The notes below the pieces were generated by a model. That model did not search any database, was not told the origin of the DNA, and saw only the letters and a list, made by a program, of their open reading frames with translations. Both the position numbers and the translations under genes were made by a program. DNA of 64,000 nt. Source: Rhodosorus marinus CCMP1338 (lineage: Eukaryota > Plantae > Rhodophyta). Positions 11,701 to 21,051 of this stretch are shown in pieces; within the stretch, counting starts at the first letter, position 1, and each line of letters opens with the position of its first letter. The stretch lies in assembly GCA_029953675.1 (NCBI GenBank), contig JAMWBK010000001.1:1178001-1242000 (forward strand). The letters run 5' to 3'.

Positions 11701-12415
11701 ATAAATCTCGGACTCTGCACCGCCCCGTTGTATAGCCGATCTCCTCGTCTCTGACGCTGCTGCCAGACGCTCAACATATGTGGACCTTGCGATTACCTGC
11801 CCAGTGGCCAGCGCCCACCTCACCGCAGCCGCGCGCCGCCGGGGGGCCGCGGCTTCAGCCCTTCGAAGAGTTAAGGAACGACGGTATGCTGAGAGCATGG
11901 CCAGTCTGCCTTGCGCTGAGGGTCGCTCTCACCGGTTCCAGCCATTCATTGTGGAAAGCTTTGGTCACGTGGATAAGTCGGGTTTAGAGTGGTTGCGGAA
12001 ATGTTTTGCTGAGCATCCTACTGAATATTTGGCGCTCTTGAGGCGCTTAAGTGTCTCCCTTTGGCGATATTCCAGCGACATGCTTTCCGAGGCGCGCCAT
12101 CGGCGCCTGGGGTTGCATACTTCCCTCCCTAGTTATTAGTTCATCTTCAAGCCTTGCGTAGCGCTTCAGGCTATGCTAGTAAAGTCCAGTTCTTAGTTCC
12201 TTTTAACGCCTTGCGTAGCGCTTCAGGCTATGCTAGTATGCTAGTCCAGTTAAGCCCAGTAAAGCCAATAGGGAGCTCTTCAGTAAAGTGTACACGGTTA
12301 CCCACGCGCCGATGGCGCGCCTCGGCAAGCCGGTAGGGGGGGTTTGCACGCTGCCCTACCTAGTTCTTAGGCCCTTTTCACGCCTTGCGTAGCGCTTTAG
12401 GCTATGCTAATAAGT
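8700..12415 (+). mobile_element. Head-to-tail array of about 7 5'-truncated family A copies (approx. 8700-9575, 9576-10512, 10513-10690, 10690-11140, 11140-12190, 12190-12275, 12300-12415)
   Basis: ORFs 8700..9506, 9566..10426, 11258..11704 and 11780..12139 encode the CQGC...HFLGSC knuckle and RLE ending LGLHASLPSY/S. Most copies end in TTGCGTAGCGC...GGCTATGCTA plus tail, followed immediately by the next copy. Confidence 0.9.
10464..10512 (+). repeat. A1 3' tail: 10-nt AGTAAAGTC(C/G) units (4 full, plus partials)
   Basis: tagtaaagtc gagtaaagtc cagtaaagtc gagtc gagtaaagtc cagtt, directly after ggctatgc. Confidence 0.9.
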
Positions 12416-12534
12416 TGAAGGATCATTCACAAAAGGAGTCGGAGAGCCTGGAAGGGTTTTCTTCGACACATCCAGCCGCTAACTCAATCTTGCTCAACTC
12501 TTCACTCACACCGCCGACCACCGCCGTTCGCCTG

Positions 12535-15500
12535 GCAAGAGGGTTCTTCGGTGGAAGGCGCTTCTCTCTGCTGCCTTTCCCCCCGTTTTTTCGGGTTTTG
12601 TTGTTGGTAGCCGAGTCATTCATCTTTTGGTTGTTGGGTCGTGACGGGGATTTTCCTCCTGTGGAGTTGGGTGGTGTGTGTTTTCGCCGGGGGGGGGATT
12701 GGTGGTTAAAGTATCGTCACTAAATTCTCTCGTGATGGTAGGGGTTTCCCCGCGCCCTGCTCCGTCAAGAGCGGAGCTCCCTGGCAACGAGGTGTGCTTG
12801 GGGGTTGGGCACCGGGTGTGTCTAAGTTCGGGCCCCTTCTCTACGCAGGTGGAGCTGCAGGGCGCCGCTGGTATGGAGGTGTGAGCCCTCATGTCAGCCG
12901 TCACCAGCCTAATCACCGCCGCGGGGGATAAGGGCGTGCTGCCGCAGCTGACCCAACGCCGTGGTTTCCTGGAATCCAGTCGCCTGCCATAAAATCTGAC
13001 ACTGCGGCCACGCGGCCCCCAGGCAGTCAAAATCAAGGGGTCAGTCACTCTGCGCCTGTCTCCGAACAGGCGCGGGCTGCTGAGCCTGTAGTTGGTGGTC
13101 CCTCGACTGGCGCCTCTTGGGGGAGGGGTGCAACTATCTCTACTCCTTTGCACGTCCCCTCAACGGGAGCGGACTTTCCTGTGCAGGGTTAGCCCTCAGG
13201 TGGGGGACAGCTCCAGGCCAAGGCAGGGACACGTAGTGGCCCTAAGGGGGGCCCGTCGCACACCTCGGTTTTACGGAAGGGTACTACATCCGCCCGTACG
13301 GCGGATATGCTAAAGTTATTGCCCTCTCGCGAGCAGCAGGGCAGACCTGATGCGACTACTTTGCAATTCCTTTTGGTACGCAAGGTTCGGCCCCAGACTA
13401 CACCGGGCCAGGTCCCATCCACGCGTGATTTACGGAATACTTTCGCGGAGTCCTTGGGCTGTTGCCGAGACGTCTTCCTTTTTGCGAACTACGAGGGCCG
13501 GGATGTTCTCTTCGCGATCACTGCAACAGCGGCCACGTACCTGCAGGCTCTACTGGCCAAGCCTACCGAGCAATGGCCTGAGAGTGCCCCCTGGTTGCGC
13601 TCTCATCCCCAGGTCGTTCTCCACTTTGACTTTGACCGCTTCTCGGGCACCTTCCTGTCTCCCGGAGAAACAGCAGGACTCTCACAGCACGAGTCCAGAT
13701 CAGCGTGAGAGCCGCAGCCATCCATTGGCTACGCATTCACCGCATTGAGCGTATATTCTTGGAGCGTTTCGCGTCGGGGCCACCTGCGTACAGCCGTCTC
13801 TACCCTTTTCGACCAGGAGAGGCGCCTTGTGCTGAGCTCGAGTCACACGGCGGAGTTGCAGAGGTTTGGGGTATTAGAGGGCTCTGCTACCAGCACCACT
13901 TCCAGTGAGAGTGGTGAGGAAGGGGAGCAGAATCAGGGCATATCGGTGGAGAACGCCCCTATTACTTTGTTGAAGCCCGAGGGAGTTATCCCGCGAGCCT
14001 CGCGGAGTGGGCGGCTGACCATTCTAGTGAGGTTAGACGGAAAATGTGCGAGGACCGACTCCCCCGGGTCAAAGGGGGAGAAGCACGATTAGCTCCCCGG
14101 GTACGGCTGCGAGGTCGCAGCCAATGGATTTGCGGTCTTATGTCGTGAAGGAGGGCGGAGACTGGGGCATTCGGCGTACGCGTTTACGAAGTTGGCTCCG
14201 GCGTTGGATGTCTTTGGAATGAGGCTAGCTTTCCCTCCGTGGCAGAATTCCGCCTGTCGTCCTACCTCGCGGCGAGCTCTTAGTGGCTGAGACCATCCTG
14301 GACTTCATCTTCACGAGCCTGGCGAGTAACCTTCGGGACACCGTCATGGGGGAATTTCTGGGGGTCATGCCGCGCCTGATTCTGGCCCCAACTCACACGC
14401 CGGAGCGCAGATGGCGTGTCCGAGATCGGCTTGCCATGTTCCCTCCTGAAAGGGGAATTCGAGGTGTTGCAGGAAAGCTACTTGGCATCGTTGGAACCAT
14501 CCGTTCGTCGGACCCGGGCTGGAACCGTCTCGCCCTTGACGGCTCGAGTACAGAAATTGGTAGCGGTGGGCGACTTGAGTCGAGCGGCGAGAGTTCTGGA
14601 GGGCCAATTGCCTGTCCTCTCCTACGAAGAAAGTCTCGCCCAGACGGTGTCATCTTTGTTCCCCTCGTCCAACGTGGACTTGCTACCCGAATTCGAGTCA
14701 TTCTTGGACCGTCCGGAGTTGGCCCGGTTTCAAATCGACCTGAGTCTCAACGAGTCTGATCTGGAGGATTTGCTTCGTTACCTCGCGTCGTGGACGCTGT
14801 CCTGGACTGTCAGGGTTTCGAACCGTATTATTGCAGGTCTTGGGCAAGCCTGGCCGGAGCTCACTGCTCAAGATCCTGAACAAAATATTCCAGGGCACAT
14901 CGGGCGCATCCCCCCCATGGGAACATCTCCGAAGGGGACAACTTTGCTTGCTCACGAAGCCTGGCCATTAGCCGGCCCACCCGCGTCTCCGGCCGATCGG
15001 TATGGTTGAGAGCCTACGGAAGCCAGCTGGAATGTGGCTATGCCAGCGCCTTCGCCAGCGGGTCACAGCTTTTATGGTGCCCTTGCAAGTGGGGATGGGA
15101 TTTTCTGGGGGTTGCGAATTGATCACCCATAGGATCGAGCTGGAGCGTGCCTGTAGGCCGGACTGGGGAGTTTTGGTGGTTGATTATTTTCGAAAAGCAT
15201 TCGACAGCGTCTCACGGACGCATGTGTTGGAGATGATCCGACGGGTTTTTCCGGAGGCGTGGCCCTTCTCCTCTGGTTTTTACGGAAGGGGGAGCCTCCC
15301 TTACTGCACTAGGGAGGGCACTGCCTTCCAAGCACATACTGGAGTCCAACAAGGTGATCCTTGTGGGCCTCTAATTCATGCCTGTGCCTTGCAGCTCGTT
15401 CTCCTGCGCCTCGCGACTGAGGTGCCGGCTCTTCTTATCTACGCCTATCACGACGACGTGACCTTGCTAGGCGCCCCTGAAACCCTGGCTCGGGGGTTGA

Positions 15501-16727
15501 CCCAGATCGAAACGATTGCACCCGGAGTAGGTCCGACTTTGGAACCCGAAAAGTGTCGTTTGCTCGCTCCAAGTGAAGGTTCGATGGCCTCTCTGCCATC
15601 TAATCTACGAACCATTGCCGAACGTGAAGGACTGGAGCACCACGGCGTCGGTTTCGGAAGCAACAACTTCGTCCAAGCCTCTTGCGAACGAGTTTTGACT
15701 CGGCACAAGCAGCTCTCTGACGCCATTGAGCGCCTTCCAGACAGCATGCTGCAATCGGCCTGCTTACTTTCCCGCTTTTGTGCCGGTCCCCGACTCAACT
15801 ACTGGTTGCGTAGCCTACCACCCGACTGGGGTTCGTGGGTCGCCACCAAGGCCGACGAGATGACGCTGAACCACTGGGGAACGCTCTTGGATGAAGCTCT
15901 CGATCTTGAAGTTGCTCCCGATAGGGACTTAATTCGTGCCCAGCTCGCTCTACCATAGTGCTTAGGGGGATTTGGTGTCGCAGATCGGGAGCTCGTCTGC
16001 TCGCCTGCGGGGTCGCCTCGTGGGCAACCGCGCTCCGTACCTTGGTGACTTTCCGGATACAAAGTGCCTGAATTTTGAATCGAGCACTGACTAGGGTGGA
16101 CCCAGTGACCCTTTCGCCCCAGATTTTGACGATCTATGACAGTCTACAACAGGCGTTCCGGAAGTGCAACGCGCCTGCCGGACGAGAATCGATCCCGTTT
16201 TCTCTCCTGGCGGGAACTGACATGGTGACGAACTGAGGCGATTGAGGACTCACCCATTGACAGAGTTCTTGCCGATGAGGGAGAAGCTAGCCCCAGATCA
16301 CCTATTGTAGATTACTCAGGTCTGAGTCGACTGTGGAGCTCCCGCACTGATGTTATTCAACACAGCCTCACCTGGGGCCAACACAGTGCCGCTCACGCAA
16401 TTTTCCTCAACTCTGCCCTCACACCGCCTACCACCGCCGCTCGCCTTCGCGGCATGGGAGGCCATCTCTCGCACCTGTGGTTAACCACTCTGCCTTCATC
16501 GCCGGGTCACCGTCTCGATGCCTTCCAGTTCCGCTCCGTCGCAAGGATCTACTTAGGTTTGCCACAAGCCCCGTGGCACACTAATCGGCCGTCTTTCTGT
16601 CAGGGATGTGAGAGCCGGATAGGCGTTTGCGGCTACCACTTCTTGGGTTCATGCGGACTGTTGCCAGATCTCCGCACGAGGCGCCAGACTCGTCTCAAGT
16701 ACATCCTAAGCGAATGTTTAACTGGAC
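12535..16727 (+). mobile_element. Family A2 element, nearly full length, multiply frameshifted, 3' end broken off
   Basis: ORF1 remnants from ATG 12735 (MVGVSPRP...) to TAG 14092 (...GSKGEKHD). ORF2 from ATG 14124 (MDLRSYVVKEGGDWG). ORF 15002..15958 has QQGDP and YHDD. Ends within the RLE region at ...GAATGTTTAACT. Confidence 0.88.
14105..14122 (+). promoter_or_regulatory. Conserved inter-ORF hairpin GGCTGCGAGGTCGCAGCC, 1 nt before the ORF2 ATG
   Basis: Identical in A2 (14105-14122) and A1 (2537-2554 and 37067-37084, minus strand), within a 31-nt spacer whose flanks differ. Confidence 0.6.
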
Positions 16728-16898
16728 TTTACTAGCATAGCCTGAAGCGCTACGCAAGGCGTGAAGATGAACTAATAACTGGGAGGGAAGCGTGCAACCC
16801 CAGGCGCCGATGGCGCGCCTCGGAAAGCATGTGGCTGGAATATCGCCAAAGGGAGACACTTAAACGCCTCAAGAGCGCCAAATATTCAGTAGGATGCT
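16726..16898 (-). mobile_element. Short A1 3' fragment joined tail-first to the broken A2 copy
   Basis: Top strand reads GAATGTTTAACT|GGACTTTACTAGCATAGCCTGAAGCGC. Confidence 0.85.
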
Positions 16899-16899
16899 G

Positions 16900-17340
16900 C
16901 CGGAAAAGTGGGACACCGTGTCACTTCGGTAGTTATTAATACGTCCCACCTGGGCACTGCCTCAATTATTCCAGAATACAAGGTTTATTTCTATCCTAAT
17001 TGCTCCCTAATTAGGTAGTTTATCCCAAAACTAGCTTTCCTTTTCTAACTAACTGTGGTTCTTCTTTCCTTACCTTTTTTCTTCTCTACCTGCCAGCTAA
17101 CCTCGAACGTATTGGGTGGGGTTCCATCGTACTTATACGCTTACTTCATCGAAATGGGCAATACCGCCGAGACTAAAATAAGAGTTGTTAGCTCCATAAA
17201 CTCTGGTAGTACCTGAGCATAATTTTAGCTCTTCCGGATGATAGTGGTGGAAGGTTGAATTGCTTAGAAGGGCTCAGAAGTCACAGTTATTTTTTCAATG
17301 ATTAATTTCTGTTTGGTGGGTTGACTATTTTTATTTGATT
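16900..17340. repeat. AT-rich ~440-bp block X, copy 1
   Basis: Near-identical to 23950-24390 (offset 7050; I counted about 4 substitutions). No ORF. Confidence 0.9.
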
Positions 17341-19647
17341 GGACTTTACTAACAAAGCCTGAAGCGCTACGCAAGGCGTGAAGATGAACTAATAACTAGG
17401 GAGGGAAGCATGCAACCCCAGGCGCCGATGGCGCGCCTCGGAAAGCATGTCGCTGGAATATCGCCAAAGGGAGACACTTAAACGCCTCAAGAGCGCCAAA
17501 TATTCAGTAGGATGCTCAGCAAAACATTTCCGCAACCACTCTAAACCCGACTTATCCACGTGACCAAAGCTTTCCACAATGAATGGCTGGAACCGGTCAG
17601 AGCGACCCTCAGCGCAAGGCAGACTGGCCATGCTCTCAGCACACCGTCGTTCCTTAACTCTTCGAAGGGCTGAAGCCGCGGCCCCCCGGCGGCGCGCGGC
17701 TGCGGTGAGGTGGGCGCTGGCCACGGGGCAGGTAATCGCAAGGTCCACATATGTTGAGCGTCTGGCAGCAGTGTCGGAGACGAGGAGATCGGCTATACAA
17801 CGGGGCGGTGCAGAGTCCGAGATTGATCTGGGCAGTTCCGACTCAACCTCAACCGTATGCCCTATCCGAGTCAAAAATTCGCTGAGGATGTACTTGAGGC
17901 GAGTGTGACGCCTCGTACGGAGACCTCTCAACAGTCCGCAGGAGCCCAGCAAGTGGTAGCCACAAGCGTCAACCCGGCTCTCACATCCCTGACAGAAAGA
18001 CGGCCGATTAGAGTGCCACGGAGCCTGTGGCAAACCGAGATAGATCCGTGCGGCAGAACGGAACTGGAAAGCATCGAGACGATGACTCAATGACGACGGT
18101 AGAGTGGTTAACCACAAGTGCGAGAGGTGGCCTCCCATGCCGCGGAGACGAGCGGCAGTGGTAGGCGGCGTGAGAGGAGAATTGAGCATGACTGTGTGAG
18201 CGGCACTGTGTTGGCCCCAGACGAGGCTATGTTGAATCACATCAGTGCGGGAGCTCCACAATCGGCTCAAACCCGGGTGGTCTGCAACAGGTGACCCGGG
18301 GCTGGCCTCTCCGTCATCGGCAAGAACTCGGTCGAGGGGAGAATCCTCAATCGCTTCAGTTCGTCCCCATAACAGCTCCCTCCAGGAACGAAAGCGGGAC
18401 CGATTTGCGTCCGGCACGGCGTTGCACCTCCTGAACGCGTGTTGAAGACCATCATAAATTGTCAAAAGCGGGGGCGGCAGGGTCCCTGGATCCTCGTTGG
18501 TCAAAGCTCGAGCCAAGAGGCAGGCATTTCGCATCTGGAAGGTCACCAACGTTCGCAGCGCGGTAGCCCAGGAGGCAACCGCCGCTGGCGAGCATACTAG
18601 CCCACGGTCTGCGACGCCGAATCCCCCTAATCGCAACGGTAGAGCGATCTGTGCACGAATCAAGTCCCTGTCGGGAGCAGCTTCAAGATCGAGGGGCTCA
18701 TCCAAGAGCGTTCCCCAGTGTTGCAGGGTCATCTCGTCGGCTTTAGCCGCGATCCACGAGCCCCAAGCTGGAGGCAGGCTGCGCAACCAGTAGTTGAGTC
18801 TGGGACCGGCACAAAAGCGGGAAAGCAAGCAGGCCGATTGCAGCATGCTGTCGGGTAGGTGCTCAATGGCGTCGGTGAGTTGCTTGTGCCGTGGCGAAAC
18901 TCGCTCGCAGGATGCTTGGACAAAGTTGTCAGTCCCCAATCCGACGCCGTGGTGTTCGAACCCTTCACGTTCGCTGATTAGTCGCAGAGTGGGTGGCAGA
19001 GAGGCCAGCGACACGTCCCTCGGGGGGAGAAAGCGACATTATTCTGTTTCCACAGTCAAACCGACTCGACGTACTTGCAAGGGCGCCATAAAAGCTGTGA
19101 CGCGCTGGCGAAGGCGCTGGCATAGCCACCTCCCGGCTAACTTCCGTAGGCTCTCCACCATCCCGATCGGCCGGAGACGCGGGTGGGCCGGCTGGTGGTC
19201 AGGTTTCGTGAGCAAGCAAAGCTGTGCCTGCCGGAGATGTTCCCATGGCGCAGACGCACCCGATACGCCCTGGAACAACTTGTTAAGGATCCTCAGAAGC
19301 GCGCTCTGGCCAGGCTGGCTCATGGCCTGCAATAGCTCTGTTCTTATTCCGGAGGGTCCGGGACAGCGTCTCCGACGCGAGGTACGAAGCAAATCCTCCA
19401 GGTCAGACTCACTGAGCGTCAGATCGATGCGAAACCTGGCCAACTCCGGACGGTCCAAGAATACCTCGAATTCAGGGGACAAGTCCACGTCGGACTCAGG
19501 GAACAAAGACCACACCGTCTGGGCGAGACTATCATCGTAGGGGAGGACAGGCGCCTGGCCCTCCAAAACCCGCGCCGCTCGACTTAAATCGGCCACTGCT
19601 ACCAATTTCTGTCTCGAGCCGGCACGGGCGACACTGTACCATGCGCT
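17341..19647 (-). mobile_element. 5'-truncated A1 copy with an in-frame 426-bp deletion of the RT core and a nonsense codon; intact C-terminal ORF
   Basis: ORF 19039..19605 reads ...APLQV|RRVGLTVETE*. ORF 17389..19014 (541 aa) covers RT thumb, CCHC and RLE. Tail at 17341-17350. Confidence 0.9.
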
Positions 19648-20496
19648 TTAGGATGCATGCCATATTCAAGGATGTTAATGTCCGGAAATTGTTTCCTCTA
19701 TAACCTGGCGTCCTACCCCGATATGAGGTCTCCGTAGTCTAGCTTTATTGGATCGTGTTGCGTATACTTGAAATGAAGGTGTTTACTCGAGGAAGCTTGA
19801 TATGCGCTATACTCGGTAACTGCGATAACGCATACACCAATTGTGCCAACCGATGTGCCAAAGCCTGGCAAATCTATCTTGAAATCTCTATATAGTTCGC
19901 AGCGGCTAGTTTATCCCAACCACAAGCATACAGAGATCCGCCCTTCAAATCCTCTCGCCGATGGGGAAAAGGGTAGGGAATTTTGTCAGTCGCTGAGAGA
20001 TAATGCAACCTCCCTCCCCCCCCCACCCCGGCTCCTCAGCCGAGCCCGGTCACGCAGAGATGAGACCATTTGCGCAAAAACTAGGCCATAGGCAGCACGG
20101 TGGAAGTTCGGAGACAGATTTTGGCAACTCATCCGAACGCGGTTGGACTCGACTCCCAGTGACCTGAAAACTATTACTCAAATGAGTAGGGTTCTACTCT
20201 TCCAAAGCCACAACGGGATTGATCCGGTACAAATCTTGAGTCGGTAGGGCCTCGGTTACTGAGTTGCGGGCTCGGCGAAAGACAGACCGAGCCAATCAGG
20301 AAGAAATGGGACAGCGTATATCCATTGAACGAATACGTTTACTTGGAGACAAAAAAAACAACCCTAGGGGAAGAAAAGGAAGAGCACTGAAAGTATTGAA
20401 TGAATGAATGGTTTAATCGAAGCCGCAAGTCACACGGCATCCAACATCAAAGCAGCGTTCGTAAGGAAAATATCTATGAAGATACCGTTTTTCTGC

Positions 20497-21051
20497 TTAT
20501 TTCATCATGTTTGGTGGTAGCATTGGTTGGAAATGCTCTCCCTCGGCAAGCAAAAGTTGTTGTTGAAAAGTAGCAGGCAACGCGTAGTATGCCAATGGTG
20601 CTTGAGCGTAGAGTGCTGGACCGTAGGGTGCTGGACCGTAGGGTAGTGCTGCAGCGAATGAATTTGGCCTTGCGGGGAATCCGCCTGGAGGCATAAATTG
20701 CCGTTGAGCCGCGTTCAGTGCTGCTTCCCGTTCAGCTGGATCGATTCCTGCTGCCTCCCGTTCAACCGCATCGACTTCTCCTGCTTCCCGTTGAACAGGC
20801 TCCATCCTTGGTACTCCTCCCGCCTCTCCGGCGTATGCCACAGGACCTCCTCTGGTTCCCAACCCGTAGTAAGCCACTCCATAACCTCCATATCCTGCAT
20901 AGTATGCGGGATGATATGCAAACTGCCGTTGAGCCGCATCGACTTCTGCTTCCCGTTCAACCGGCTCCGCTTCTGGCACCATTACCGCCTCTCCCATTAG
21001 CATTCCACAGGACAGGGCCAAAAGGGCCAATGCTGAAACCGTCATCTTCAT
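20497..21051 (-). CDS. Secreted 184-aa Gly/Tyr/Pro-rich protein with repeated (E/Q)REA spacers; peptide-precursor-like
   Basis: Signal-peptide-like MKMTVSALALLALSCGMLMG; four (E/Q)REA motifs and two AAQR-QF motifs; TATATAAA about 150 nt upstream. Confidence 0.75.
   Translation of the reverse strand: MKMTVSALALLALSCGMLMGEAVMVPEAEPVEREAEVDAAQRQFAYHPAYYAGYGGYGVAYYGLGTRGGPVAYAGEAGGVPRMEPVQREAGEVDAVEREAAGIDPAEREAALNAAQRQFMPPGGFPARPNSFAAALPYGPAPYGPALYAQAPLAYYALPATFQQQLLLAEGEHFQPMLPPNMMK

Noticed and set aside
16900-17340. Block X as a telomerase RNA gene
   Set aside because: No template matching either candidate repeat, and no recognisable Pol III promoter.
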